Part shown: positions 13,077-26,128 of the stretch, piece by piece
How positions within the stretch are numbered: position 1 is the first letter of the stretch
Layout: each line of letters starts with the position of its first letter
NCBI RefSeq assembly: GCF_902713615.1
Contig: NW_024055490.1
Coordinates: 715,262-779,261 of the forward strand
Direction of reading: 5' to 3'
Origin: Scyliorhinus canicula
Lineage: Eukaryota
DNA length: 64,000 nt
Notes under the pieces: model-generated
Database searches by the model: none
What the model saw: the letters and a program-made list of their open reading frames with translations, nothing else
Told to the model about the DNA's origin: nothing
Program-made: the position numbers and the translations under genes

Positions 13077-14722
13077 TTTTTTAACAAACAATTTTATTGA
13101 GGTATTTTTCGGCATTGTAAACAGTTACAGACATCAAAAAAAAGAAAGCAAAAAGGCAAAGATGTGCAAACATCCACGTAGAATCAATACTTCAATCATA
13201 CCATACTGCACAAGCCCACTCCTCTCCCATTGACACTACCCGCCAATTAATCCTTCCTACTGTACTCTACTCTAACTCCCCCCCCCCCCCCCTCACCCCT
13301 GCTGACGCTCACTCTCCCGCAAAGAAGTCAATGAATGGCTGCCACCTTCGGGCGAACCCCTGTACAGATCCCCTCAAGGCGAACTTACTGTTTTCCAACC
13401 CTTGAAAACTCAACATGTCCGAAAGCCACAAGTCAGTCTTCGGGGGCTTTGGGTCCCTCCATGCCAATAAAGTTTGTCGCCGGGCTATCAGGGAAGCACA
13501 GGCCAAAACATCGGCCTCTTTCTCACCCTGGACTCCAAATCCCCAAAAATTGCCACCCCTGGACCCATCGCAACCCTTGTTTTTAGCACCCAGGACATGA
13601 TCCCCGCAAATCCCTCCCAGTACCCCCTAAGAATCGGACACGTCCAAAACATGTGTACGTGGTTCGCTGGTCCTCCTGCGCACCTAGCGCATTTGCCCTC
13701 TACCCCAAAGAATTTGCTCATCCGAGCCACCGTCATGTGGGCCCGGTGAACGACCTTAAATTGAATCAGCCCAAGCCTGGCACATGTTGTGCTCGAATTG
13801 ACCCTATTCAGGGCTTCTGCCCACAGCCCGTCCTCCATTTCCCCGCCTAGCTTCTCCTCCCATTTGAGTTTCAGTTCCTCCGTCTGGGACCCTTCCCCCT
13901 TCATGAGCACCTTATAAATATCAGAGACTCTACCCTCCCCTCCTTCCCCTCTAGAGACTATTCTGTCTTGGATCCCCATTGGCGATAGGCGTGGGAAGGA
14001 TGGGACCTGTCTATGGACAAAGTCCCGCAACTGTAGGTACCTGAAATCGTTTCCCCTTACCAGACCAAATTTCTCCTCCAAGCTCCTCAGGCTCGCAAAG
14101 CTCCCTTCCAGGAACATATCGCCCACCCTCCCCACCCCCGCCCGCCGCCATGCTCGAAACCCCCCCATCCATACTCCCGGGGGCAAACCGATGGTTGTCG
14201 CAGATTGGCGCCCAGTCATATGCCCAAACTTGCCGTACATGCCTCCTCCACTGGCACCATATCCGCAGGGTCACCACCACTACCAGGCTGGTGGAGTACC
14301 TGGCCGGCGGCAGCGGTAGAGGAGCCATGACCAGGGCTGCCAAGCTGGTGCCCCTGCATGATGCCGCCTCCCAGATGGACCCCGTACCCACCATCCACTT
14401 CCTTATCATGGCTATGTTAGCCACCCAGTAGTAGTTAATCAGACTCGGCAATGCCAACCCTCCCTCGCTGCGGCTCCTCTCAAGCATCGCCTTCTTCACC
14501 CGCGGGGATTTTCCCGCCCAGACAAAGCTCATGATCATCTTTTTCACCCTTTTGAAGAAGGACTGTGGGATAAAGATCGGGAGGCACTGAAAAATGAACA
14601 GGAATCTAGGGAGGATTATCATCTTTACAGTCTGCACCCTCCTTGCCAATGACAGCGGGAGTGCATCCCATCTCCAAACTCTCCCTTCATTCGTTCCACC
14701 ACCCTGGCCAAATTTAACAGCC
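13077..14722 (-). mobile_element. 5'-truncated L1-clade LINE (ORF2 C-terminal part)
   Basis: 16-bp TSD CATCCTGTTACAATTT (13061-13076 and 14723-14738); poly(A) appears as a T-run at the left end; ORF pieces 14011-14649 and 13488-14240 are homologous to the 3' half of the 26.9-32.7 kb element. Confidence 0.93.
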
Positions 14723-17700
14723 CATCCTGTTACAATTTGATAGGTTTATAATCAGAGGGGAGAAGTAATATCTAAGCAATCAGTGTCCTCTATATTCTTA
14801 CCCTCCTGCCAGTGAATCAAGTTTCTTCCTAATTAATCATTCATAATGTTGATCATTTTTGCCATGCCTGCCCATAATCTGCTCGGTTATAAGGAAAACA
14901 ATCCCAGCATCCAACCGCTCTGACCGTGCAGCTCATACAGTGGGAAGACCCAGTTGTACATCTGTTTCTGCCTTGCTTTTGTTCGATGCTATTTTTGGAA
15001 TTACTGATATCTTATATGGACCCAGTGGAATTCCCATTCACTATTACCTTTGTGTCAGAATAAGACCAAGACTAATAAAAGACCAGTCTGTGAAAATTAA
15101 ATTGACCCATGTAGGACTGGACCCAGTGTTTGAACTTTTAATACTTTGCAAAATATTTCAGAATGTCAAAATGCGAACCACGATAGGTTAACAGTTTGTT
15201 CCATTGGAACCATACCACCTCCCATAACAGATACCTGAGCCAATGATCCAGACCTGTGATCCAATGCAGAAGGAATGTTTAATGCTCAGTTGTTCCATCT
15301 TTTAGATGCAATAATTTCAGTCTTCGGGGTAGTTTCGCAATGTTATTACTAAACTGATAATCTGGAGGCCTGAGCTATTACCTCAGAGACAGGAGTGCTA
15401 ACTCCACCAGGGCATATTGTAATGCTGTGAATAATTTTGGTCTCCTTATGTAAGGATAGATATTTTGGAGGCAGTCCAGAGAAGGCTCTTTAGGTTAATC
15501 CCGGTATGGAGGGACTTTCAAAGGTAGGTTGAATTTCACAGCACAGAAAGTGATCTTTCAGCCCATCGTTACTCTACCTGTCAGCAAATAAAGAAGAATC
15601 TGGCATAAAATCACAGACATTTCGGTTAACAGCCAAACACGCTGACCAACCACACCACAGGAACTGACATGGGGAGAGGTTAAGTAGGTGAGGCCTACAC
15701 GCATTGGAGTTGAAAAGAATGAGAGGCGAATTTACTGAGCTATATAGTAATCTCAGGGCGCATGACAGTGTAGATGTCAGACGTTGTTTCCACTTGTGGG
15801 AGAGTCTAGGACCATAGGGATTTATCTCAGTGTCGCTCATTTCAGACGAGGATGAGGAGTGATTTCTTCTCTCAGAGGGGAGTGATTTGATGGAATCCTT
15901 TGCTGCAGAGAATTGGAGAGGCCGGGTCAATAAATATGTGCAAGGCTGAGACAGACAGAATTTTTTATCAGTGAGGGAATCAAGGGTTATGCGGATGAGG
16001 CGGAAAAGTGGAGCTGAGGATTTTATCAGATCAGCCACGATGTCATTGAATGGCAGATCATATTCCATGGGCCGAATGGCCAACTTCTGCTCCTACATCT
16101 TATGGTCTTATGGCAGCTGGGGGACTTTGAATTGAATGAATTAATAAATCAGAAATTAAAAATCGTCTTGTCATCCATAATACTCATGAAGCTATCGAAA
16201 TTGCGCAAAGCTCAGCAGGTTCATTAACATCCTTCCGCAGAAGAAATCTTCCCTCCTGACCCTTTCTTGCCGAAATGTGACTAGTTCAGCAGTGATGTGA
16301 ATTAAACCACCCGAACTGCACCTTATCTGAAAGGTGGTTCACATCCGGCTCCTCAGGATGGACAGTTAATGCTGACTTTGTCAGTGAGGGTCATCTGCCG
16401 AGAATGAATGTTAAAAACTGTGCAAAGTGCTGCAGATTCCGGAAATGTAAAACAAAAACAAAAAACGCTGCTCAGCAGGTCAGTGAGCATCAGCAGAGAG
16501 AGGAACAGATTCACATTTCAGGTGGATTACCTCAATGACATAATTGTAAAGAGCAGAGCTGCTTTTCCCAGTAGCCTCGACCAATGCCCGTTCTTCAACT
16601 AAAATCATAGATTAGCTGGTCACTTATCACATCTCAGTATGCGGGAGCTTGCTGTGCACAAATTCCCTGCTCTGTTTCCAACATTACAGCAGTGACAAAA
16701 TTCAGGAAAAATATATCAGTGAGTTCTAAGGGCGTTGGGATGACCTGAGGTCGGGTGAAGCGTTTTACAAAAGCAAGTTCTTTCCAAATGTTAACATTTT
16801 TAAATGCAAGTTGAAATATCTGAGATTAATGTGACTATAGGTCACCCCTCTACCTGATGTTTTAATTTGTCCAGTTTAAATCGCTTAATATTTCATTCAA
16901 ATTAACATTCAGTGGAATAACAGCCTGGTTGATAATGACTTATTAATTGAAGCATCAGAACTTTCAGAATGAATACTTAATTTAAAAGTATTTTTATTTA
17001 AATTAAGTAACATCTGTTCTAATGGAAGTTTCTATTCATTTTAACTAACTGACAATATTCTTAAAATAACCCGCTATTTTGAGTTGCAACTAATCAATAC
17101 ATGACTGTGTTTATCTCGTTTTTCTGACATGAACACTTCATTGTGACCAGTGAGGTGTTTATGTAAAGAAAATACAGAAATAGAAGTCCCAGATTAGATT
17201 GTGGACTGACATCAACACAACAACTATTTCCCCACCAACACAGCACAGAAATAGAGGCAAAGATGCAAATAGAACAACTGATTCCGATAGTGTTTGTTCT
17301 TGGACATTTTTTATTCAAGTTATCTGAGAAAAATGTCATGCTGATATCCATGTTCAGAATTAGGAAAGATTCCCTCTAATCTCAAAATATAATGACAGGT
17401 CAAATGTGTTCGCAGAGTTTGCCTGTATCCCATCTCCCTCTCCGTCTTTCTCCTAACTGGTTCTGTCTCATGTCTCTCCACGATGGGTCATTGTCTTTAA
17501 TCGACAACATGAAATCAACATGTGGCCAATATATTCTGCCAGCCCGATCTCACCCCGTTGACTTCCAAGTATACGGATGGAATCCAATGAATTGGAATAC
17601 GTAAAGGGAGTTTTACTCTAAAATTTGGTTGTAGCATTCAATGACTTTGGAGTATTTAATGAGAACTACAGAGACAATTTTACTCTCCAGCTGTTCCGGG

Positions 17701-18339
17701 CTGCACATGGCGGCGAGCATTTGATGTGGCAGGGCCAAAAGCTCTTTCCTTGAATCTGCCCAAGCTGCTGTCCTCTTGTGGAGCTTGATTGGACAGTGTA
17801 GAGAAAGCTTTACTTGCATCTAACCTGGACTGAACCTGCCCTGCGAGTGTTCGGTATGACTGTGCATAGGCAGATTTACTCCGTATATGAACTGTGCTGT
17901 ACCTGACCTGGGTGAGTTTGATGGGACAGTGCAGAGGATCCTTTACCCTGTAACTAACACCACAGTCAATCTGTCTTCGGAATCTCTGAAGGGTGCGTGA
18001 GGAAGAGGTTTTACCTGGTATAGACCCTTTGTTTCCAGGCCTTTAATGTGATTGAGCGAGATATGTGGAAGGAATTCTATTCTGTACCTAAACAATCTGC
18101 AGCTGCTCTGGGAATGTTTGATGCGCACAGTGTAGAGGAAGTTTCTCTTTGTCTCCAACCCGTTGTGCACCTGTCCTGCGAGTGTTTGAAGGGACAGTAG
18201 GCCCTGCCTCTATTGCACCAGGCCGTCAGCCCGTCTCTGTTTATGTTCTACTACCTAGTACCTGTGTCCCTTTTATATTAAATAAGGACCTGTTTCTGTT
18301 TATATTACACTCGTCCCAATCCCTGTTCATATTAATGAA

Positions 18340-18500
18340 GGCCACCAGATGGAAGATATACCTTGATCAATAAGGGGATCAGGGGTTATTGGGAGAAGGC
18401 AGGAAATGAGGATGAGGAACATATCACCATAATTGAACGGCGAGCAGTCTCGATGGGCCGAATGGTCTAATTCTGCTCCTATACCTTATGGCCTTATGGA
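18340..18500 (+). mobile_element. CR1 3' UTR fragment
   Basis: AATAAGGGGATCAGGGGTTAT...CTCGATGGGCCGAATGG...CTTATGG. Confidence 0.65.
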
Positions 18501-18576
18501 TCCTGGTTGTCTCTGTTTACATTAACCTAGAACCTGACTCTTTTTGTACTAATTTAGACATGTCTCTGTTTGTATT

Positions 18577-21500
18577 AGAACATAGAACATAGAATGATAC
18601 AGCGCAGTACAGGCCCTTCGGCCCTCGATGTTGCACCCGACATGGAAAAAAACTAAAGGCCATCTAACCTACACTATGCCCTTATCATCCATATGCTTAT
18701 CCAATAAATTTTTAAATGCCCTCAATGTTGGCGAGTTCACTACTGTTGCAGGTAGGGCATTCCACGGCCTCACCACTCTTTGCGTAAAAAACCCACCTCT
18801 GACCTCTGTCCTATATCTATTACCCCTCAATTTAAGGCTATGTCCCCTCGTGCTAGTCACCTCCATCCCCGGGAGAAGGCTCTCGCTGTCCACCCTATCT
18901 AACCCTCTGATCATTTTGTATGCCTCTATTAAGTCACCTCTTAACCTTCTTCTCTCTAACGAAAACAACCTCAAGTCCATCAGCCTTTCCTCATAAGATT
19001 TTCCCTCCATACCAGGCAACATCCTGGTAAATCTCCTCTGCACCCGTTCCAAGGCTTCCACGTCCTTCCTATAATGAGGCGACCAGAACTGTACGCAATA
19101 CTCCAAATGCGGCCGTACTAGAGTTTTGTACAACTGCAACATGACCTCATGGCTCCGGAACTCAATCCCTCTACCAATAAAGGCCAACACACCATAGGCC
19201 TTCTTCACAACCCTATCAACCTGGGTGGCAACTTTCAGGGATCTATGTACATGGACACCGAGATCCCTCTGCTCATCCACACTACCAAGAATTTTACCAT
19301 TAGCCAAATATTCCGCATTCCTGTTATTCTTTCCAAAGTGAATCACCTCACACTTCTCCACATTAAACTCCATTTGCCACCTCTCAGCCCAGCTCTGCAG
19401 CTTATCTATGTCCCTCTGTAACCTGCAACATCCTTCCGCACTGTCTACAACTCCACCGACTTTAGTGTCGTCTGCAAATTTACTCACCCATCCTTCTGCG
19501 CCCTCCTCTAGGTCATTTATAAAAATGACAAACAGCAACGGCCCCAGAACAGATCCTTGTGGTACGCCACTTGTAACTGAACTCCATTCTGAACATTTCC
19601 CATCAACTACCACTCTCTGTCTTCTTTCAACTAGCCAATTTCTGATCCACATCTCTAAATCACCCTCAATCCCCAGCCTCCGTATTTTCTGCAATAGCCG
19701 ACCGTGGGGAACCTTATCAAACGCTTTACTGAAATCCATATACACCACATCAACTGCTCTACCCTCGTCTACCTGTTCAGTCACCTTCTCAAAGAACTCG
19801 ATAAGGTTTGTGAGGCATGACCTACCCTTCACAAAACCATGCTGACTATCCCTAATCATATTATTCCTATCTAGATGATTATAAATCGTATCTTTTATAA
19901 TCCTCTCCAAGACCTTACCCACCACATACGTTAGGCTCACCGGCCTATAGTTACCGGGGTTATCTCTACTCCCCTTCTTGAACAAAGGGACCACATTTGC
20001 TATCCTCCAGTCCTCTGGCACTATTCCTGTAGCCAATGATGACCTAAAACTCAAAGCCAAAGGCTCAGCAATCTCTTCCCTGGCTTCCCAGAGAATCCTA
20101 GGATAAATCCCATCCGGCCCCGGGGACTTATCTATTTTCACCTTGTCCAGAATTGCCAACACTTCTTCCCTACGCACCTCAATGCCATCTATTCTAATAG
20201 CCTGGGTCTCAGCATTCTCCTCCACAATATTATATTTTTCTTGAGTGAATACTGACGAAAAGTATTCATTTAGTATCTCGCTTATCTCCTCAGCCTCCAT
20301 ACACAACCTCCCACCACTGTCCTTGACTGGCCCTACTCTTACCCTAGTCATTCTTTTATTCCTGACATACCTATAGAAAGCTTTTGGGTTTTCCTTGATC
20401 CTACCTGCCAAAGACTTCTCATGTCCCCTCCTTGCTCGTCTCAGCTCTCTCTTTAGATCCTTCCTCGCTTCCTTGTAACTATCAAACGCCCCAACTGAAA
20501 CTTCATGCCTCATCTTCACATAGGCCTCCTTCTTCCTCTTAACAAGAGATTCCACTTCTTTGGTAAACCACCGGTCCCTCGCTCGACCCCTTCCTCCCTG
20601 CCTGACTGGTACATACTTATCAAGAACATCCAATAGCTGTTCCTTGAACAAGCTCCACATATCCAGTGTGCCCAACCCTTGCAGCCTACTTCTCCAACCA
20701 ACACATCCTAAGTCATGTCTAATGGCATCATAATTGCCCTTCCCCCAGCTATAACTCTTGCCCTGCGGGGTATACTTATCCCTTTCCATCACTAACGTAA
20801 AGGTCACCGAATTGTGGTCACTGTTTCCAAAGTGCTCACCTACCTCCAGATCTAACACCTGGCCTGGTTCATTACCCAAAACCAAATCCAATGTGGCCTC
20901 ACCTCTTGTTGGCCTGTCAACATATTGTGTCAGGAAACCCTCCTGCACACATTGTACAAAGAATGACCCATCTAATGTACTCGAACTATATCTTTTCCAG
21001 TCAATATTTGGAAAGTTAAAGTCTCCCATAACAACTACCCTGTTACTTTCGCTCTTTTCCAGAATCATCTTCGCCATCCTTTCCTCTACATCCCTAGAAC
21101 TATTAGGTGGCCTATAGAAAACTCCCAACAGGGTGACCTCTCCTTTCCTGTTTCTAACCTCAGCCCATACTACCTCAGAAGAAGAGTCCCCATCTAGCAT
21201 CCTTTCCGCCACCGTAATACTGTCCTTGACTAGCAGCGCCACACCTCCCCCTCTTTTGCCCCCTTCTCTGAGCTTACTAAAACACCTAAACCCCGGCACC
21301 TGCAACAACCATTCCTGTCCCTGCTCTATCCATGTCTCTGAAATGGCCACAACATCGAAGTCCCAGGTACCAACCCATGCTGCCAGTTCCCCTACCTTAT
21401 TTCGTATACTCCTGGCATTGAAGTAGACACACTTCAAACCACCTACCTGAACACTGGCACCCTCTTGCGTAGTCAAATCTGTGCTCCTGACCTCTATTCT

Positions 21501-21694
21501 CTCAATCTCCCGTACCCCAAAACTACAATCCAGGTTCCCATGCCCCTGCTGAATTAGTTTAAACACCCCCAAAGAGCACTAACAAATCTCCCCCCCAGGA
21601 TATTGGTGACCCTCAGGTTCAGATGTAGACCATCCTGTCTATAGAGGTCCCACCTTCCCCAGAAAGAGCCCCAGTTATCCAGAAATCTGAATCC
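18577..21694 (-). mobile_element. 5'-truncated CR1 LINE with intact ORF2 and an ORF1 C-terminal esterase remnant
   Basis: The 3' end carries (TTCTATG)n on the element strand. The ORF1 remnant ...FRFLDNWGSFWGRWDLYRQDGLHLN (about 21560-21694) resembles the CR1 SGNH/esterase. Confidence 0.93.
18669..21572 (-). CDS. CR1 ORF2: APE endonuclease + reverse transcriptase (967 aa, uninterrupted)
   Basis: APE motifs YFNARS, ISETW, GDFN and SDH; RT motifs QHGF, DFSKAFDKV, GVPQGSVLGP and FADD. Confidence 0.93.
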   Translation of the reverse strand: MGVFKLIQQGHGNLDCSFGVREIERIEVRSTDLTTQEGASVQVGGLKCVYFNARSIRNKVGELAAWVGTWDFDVVAISETWIEQGQEWLLQVPGFRCFSKLREGGKRGGGVALLVKDSITVAERMLDGDSSSEVVWAEVRNRKGEVTLLGVFYRPPNSSRDVEERMAKMILEKSESNRVVVMGDFNFPNIDWKRYSSSTLDGSFFVQCVQEGFLTQYVDRPTRGEATLDLVLGNEPGQVLDLEVGEHFGNSDHNSVTFTLVMERDKYTPQGKSYSWGKGNYDAIRHDLGCVGWRSRLQGLGTLDMWSLFKEQLLDVLDKYVPVRQGGRGRARDRWFTKEVESLVKRKKEAYVKMRHEVSVGAFDSYKEARKDLKRELRRARRGHEKSLAGRIKENPKAFYRYVRNKRMTRVRVGPVKDSGGRLCMEAEEISEILNEYFSSVFTQEKYNIVEENAETQAIRIDGIEVRREEVLAILDKVKIDKSPGPDGIYPRILWEAREEIAEPLALSFRSSLATGIVPEDWRIANVVPLFKKGSRDNPGNYRPVSLTYVVGKVLERIIKDTIYNHLDRNNMIRDSQHGFVKGRSCLTNLIEFFEKVTEQVDEGRAVDVVYMDFSKAFDKVPHGRLLQKIRRLGIEGDLEMWIRNWLVERRQRVVVDGKCSEWSSVTSGVPQGSVLGPLLFVIFINDLEEGAEGWVSKFADDTKVGGVVDSAEGCCRLQRDIDKLQSWAERWQMEFNVEKCEVIHFGKNNRNAEYLANGKILGSVDEQRDLGVHVHRSLKVATQVDRVVKKAYGVLAFIGRGIEFRSHEVMLQLYKTLVRPHLEYCVQFWSPHYRKDVEALERVQRRFTRMLPGMEGKSYEERLMDLRLFSLERRRLRGDLIEAYKMIRGLDRVDSESLLPGMEVTSTRGHSLKLRGNRYRTEVRGGFFTQRVVRPWNALPATVVNSPTLRAFKNLLDKHMDDKGIV

Positions 21695-22214
21695 CAATAT
21701 TACATGAGATACAACCTCAGTTCTGCACTGGGCCATATTTCTGTTCATATTACATTGGACCCGGCCTCAGTAATTGCTGCGGTAGACCATGCGCAATAAT
21801 ATGGAAAGTGGCTGGGGTGGAAATTATGAAGATAAAAAAACCTGAAGGAACAGTGAAAATGTAAAATTCTTCAGCGAGCAATGCTGATCTGTGCCCAGAT
21901 AAACGTCACAATCTGTCTTGTCAGCACCCTAGCTGTGTGTACATACAACCGCAGATCTCTCTGATCTTCTTGCAGCCACTTCAAATTGTACAACTTAACT
22001 TCTATTGCCTGGGCCTAGTGCAATAGACCAAGGGAATGGAATAGTTGGAATTGTGTAATATAAACAGAGGAGCATTAAATAAATAACTGAGACAGAACCT
22101 AATGGGACAGCAACATTCATGCCGTGCACAACTGGCACATAGTAGCTGCATTGTGTCACATCGACGGGATGCACTGCAGCAAGTCGCCAAGAATTCTTCA
22201 AGAGCATCTTCCAG

Positions 22215-22515
22215 ACGGGAGATTTACGAGGGCACAATCTCAGACTAAAGGGACAGTCCTTTAAAACAGAGATGAGGAGGAATTTCTTCAGCCAGAGGAT
22301 GGTGAATCTGTGGAACTCTTTGCTGCAGAAGGCTGTGGAGGCCAAATTACTGAGTGTCTTTAAGACAGAAATAGATAGGTTCTTAATTAATAAGGGGATC
22401 AAGGGTTATGGTGAGAAGGCAGGAGAATGGGGATCAGAAACCTATCAGCCACGTTTGAATGGCGGGGCAGACTCGATGGGCCGAATGGCCTAATTCGGCT
22501 CCTATGCCTTATGAG
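22215..22515 (+). mobile_element. CR1 3' fragment
   Basis: MRRNFFSQRMVNLWNSL ORF piece and CR1 3' UTR. Confidence 0.8.
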
Positions 22516-22851
22516 CTCAACACTCTGCATCCTACTACTCCTACAGTTCTATTGGGTAGACGTTGGTCTTTAGCAATGGCAAAGAAGGAGTGATAACTGA
22601 AATCTAATTCTGCTGACTGCACTGAAAATGGATATGAAGTGCTGCACAGCATACACTGTACACACCATACATCCTGTTTCAGGTTGTTGCCAGGTGTCAT
22701 TTTCAGTCCAAAATATGTAATTATTATATTATCGTTCCATCTCAAAGACATTTGGAATAATGCGCACACAATTCAAACAGAGGCATCGTCTAGTGTATTA
22801 ATAAAAGTGAGCAGGTCTTAGAAAATATGGGCAGATTCAGGACCAAAAATA

Positions 22852-23136
22852 GAATCCCGATAGGGCAGAAGGCCAGTCAGACCATCTGCACCGACCTCTG
22901 AAAGATCACCCTCCCCAATTCCCCGCCTTTGCACCATGACCTGTACATCTCTTGACAATAAGGGACAATTTAAAATGCCCAATCCACCTCACCTGAACAT
23001 CTTTGAACTATGGGAGTAAACCGGAGCACCCGGAAGAATGCCACGCAGACACAGGGAGAAAGTAGAAACTCCAGACAGACCGTCAAGTATTGAACCCTGG
23101 AGCGGGGAGACAGCGGTGCTAACCACTGTGCCACCG
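22852..23136 (-). mobile_element. HE1/V-SINE-type SINE
   Basis: Antisense V domain and head (...GTGCTAACCACTGTGCCACC). Confidence 0.7.
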
Positions 23137-23689
23137 ATAGCATAAGCAGAGGCTGGGTCTAGTGCAATATAATCTGAGTTCTGGTTGAGGGGAGTGCCGA
23201 CTGACACTAACTGAGACATGGACAATGCAGCAGTGACAGGGACATCGTACAACACAAGAATAACAGAGGCAGGGCTGAGTGTTATATAAACAGGGACACG
23301 GACAGGTGCAGCGTTAACTAAGGCAGGATTGACTTTATTATAATCTAATAGAGTAATAACTGAGACAGAACCACATGTGATGCAAACAGAATGTTGTTCC
23401 AGTTACGATTCACAGATAAACGTTCTGACGCAGTAACCATTGTGACGTGTTTCTTGCCAGACTAACCGAGACATGGTTCAGTGCGTCATAATTGAGGATT
23501 TCTAATAGAAACAGGGTGTGGGCCCCGTATATTAACAACTGATATTTAGCCGAGTGCAGGAAAACTGAGACAGGACCTGCTGTAATGTGATCGACATACG
23601 GCCGAGTGTAATATGGGCAGAGGCGGGGAATAGGTGAATATAAACAGAGATATGATATGTTTAAAATTATTTAGTGGGATCTTGGCGTC

Positions 23690-25080
23690 CCCAGGAACGT
23701 CAGCATTTGATGTCAATTCCTAATTACCCTTGAGAATGTGGTGTTGAGCCCTATTATTCAATCATTGCATCCCATCCTGAGCAAGTGCATCCACAGAGCT
23801 GATAGGAAGGGAGTTCCAGGATTTTTACCCCTGTCAGTGAAGGACCAGAAATGTAGTTCCCATCAGGATGGTGTGTGGCTTGGTGGGGAACTTGCAGGTC
23901 CTGCTGTTACAATGCACCTGCTGCCGTTCTCCTTTTAGTCGCAGTGTTCGTGGATGTGGAAGGTGCTGCAGTAGATCCTGTATATCGTTCACGCTGCTGG
24001 AATTGTACACCCCTGATGGAGGGAGTGAATGTTTCAGCTGGTGGATGGGGTGTTCCTCGAGCCGACTGCTTTGTGCTGGATGGCGTCGAGATTCTCAAGT
24101 GTTGCTTGAGGGGCACACGTGAGACAAATGTGGGATATTCAGTCACACTACTGACTACTGCCTTCTAGATGATGGACAGGGGTTGGGAAGTCAGGAGGTG
24201 AGTTACTCACCGCAGAATTTAGAGCCACTGACCTGCTCATGTCGTCACATTATTTAAATGGTTCTGCCAGTTCAGTCTATCATCAGTGATAATGATAATC
24301 CCTAGGATGTTGATAGTGGGGGATTCAATCACGGTAGTGTCATTTAAAATCAAGGGGAGATGGTTAGAATCTTACTTTTTGAGATGGCCATTGCCTGACA
24401 CTTGTCAGCCCAAACCTGAATGATGTCGAAGTCTTGCTGCATATGAAGACAGACTGCTTCAGTATTAGAGGAGTCGAATATGGTGCAGGACGTTGGGTCT
24501 ACATCAGCAAAATCCTCAGTTCTGACCTTACGTGAATGGTGAAGCTTAGGCCTGAGACACTGTACGTGACAGGGTGACACTTTTCATCAATTTACTGATG
24601 ATCACGTGCAGACTGAAGAGTCAATAATTAGCCGGATTGGATTGATAATGCCTTTTTGTGAACGAGGCATGTTTGGCAACGCTACACATTATTGAGTACC
24701 TGCCAGTGCTGTACCTGCACTGGAGCAACTTGCCTGAGGCGCAGCCAGTTTTAGAGCACAAATCTTTAGTATGTTGCTAGAATGTTGCCAGGATAATAAC
24801 ATTTTCATCGCCTGCAGCCGTTTCTTGATGTCGTGTGGACTGAATCAAATTGCCTGAAGACTGACATCTCTGATGAAGAAGACCACCAGAGGACGCCGAG
24901 GTGGACCATTCTCTCGGCACGTCTGGCAGAAGATGGTACCAAAGTTTCAGTCTTTTTTTTTACACTGACGTGTTGGGTTCCCCCATCATTGAGGAGGGGG
25001 ATTTTATTGAGATTCCTGATCCGGTTACTTCTCCGAGTACAACTGCACTATTCAGGACTGGATGTGGCAGAACTGTAAAG
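23690..25080 (-). mobile_element. Decayed L2/CR1-group LINE RT fragment
   Basis: The same family, in the same orientation, recurs at about 34970-35900 and 42960-43205 (shared GGGAGGGAGTTC...CCAAGTCAGGATGGTG...GGAGGGGAACTTGCAG and GTGAGTTACTCACCGCAG blocks). Family label is from memory. Confidence 0.6.
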
Positions 25081-25894
25081 CTAGATCCTACCAATTGAAA
25101 ATGGGATCACAGTGACGTTGTGATATAAACATTGACATGTACTGGTGCAGTTTTAATTAAAGCAGAGTATCGCGGAATATAGACAAAGACAGAGTCTAGT
25201 CTAACAAACATACAGATGGAGCCCCGAAACACGTGCTGTTAGGTGAATTGGACATTCTAAATTCTCCCTCTGTGTACCCGAACAGGCGCCCGAGTATGGC
25301 GAATAGGGGATTTTCACAGTAACTTCATTGCAGTGTTCATGTAAGGCTACTTGTAACAATAATAAAGGTTACTGACAATAATGAAGGTTATTATTTTAAA
25401 ATTAACAGAGACAGGGAGCAGTGCAGTAATTATTTAGTTAATGTCTGCTTCATATAATGTAAGGCATCTCGATTTAAATTCCATCTGCTGGCCAAACTTT
25501 GCAATTGCAGTTACTGTGAAAATGTTTCTGTCAGGTATGATCCATGATGTTGATGTATCAATGATCCATTTCCATAAATGTAATATCACATCTCCTTCTG
25601 CGGGAGGTGCCGGAATTTAAGGTGTAACTAATTTCAGGTGTCGCTGGTTGATTCTCTCACATTGAGATCAGCACCAGAGCAAAGCGGCTCAATTCCTGCT
25701 CACGCGTTTTTGTTCACTTTTGTTAAATGGAGGAATGTTTACCTGGGCGCTGTATGGAGTCCATAGGAAATTTTATATTCACCTTAACAAACATGGAGAT
25801 GGGGAGGGTTTACTGGTACATTATACCACCTGAAAGATGGTTTGGTTCGTTGTCTCCGAAGCCTCCAAGGAAGTTAAAATGGGATCTTAAGTTG

Positions 25895-26128
25895 CAAGAT
25901 GGCGTGGAGCGAGGCGACTCTCTGCAAGCTCTCCCCAACAGATCCACCTCTAACTTAACTTATTCTCGTTCTAACCTTTTAAAAAATAATTCTCAAGCTC
26001 TCATGTATTTTCTTGAATTGTGTTTAATTCCCTTTTCTTCCATGTACTGAATGATCTGTTGAGCTGCTTGCAGAAAAATACTTTTCACTGTACCTCGGTA
26101 CACGTGACAATAAACAAATCCAATCCAA
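25895..26128 (+). mobile_element. Short non-autonomous retroelement with an (ATCCA)n tail
   Basis: Ends in CTGTACCTCGGTACACGTGACAATAAACAAATCCAATCCAA, a LINE-type 3' tail; family uncertain. Confidence 0.45.

Larger units (their letters stand above)
4405..17765 (+). repeat. Old tandem segmental duplication: copy 1 about 4405-9745, copy 2 about 9746-17765
   Basis: Collinear homologous blocks, e.g. 4560~10130, 4930~10790, 5760~12170, 6480~14790, 6985~15062, 8380~16400, 9600~17620. Confidence 0.88.

Noticed and set aside
17392-17604. 70-aa ORF whose frame and stop are shared with the paralog at about 9430-9582
   Set aside because: Substitutions between the copies are mostly non-synonymous (about 15 vs 8 by hand count), the upstream part is broken in copy 1, and there is no recognisable domain.
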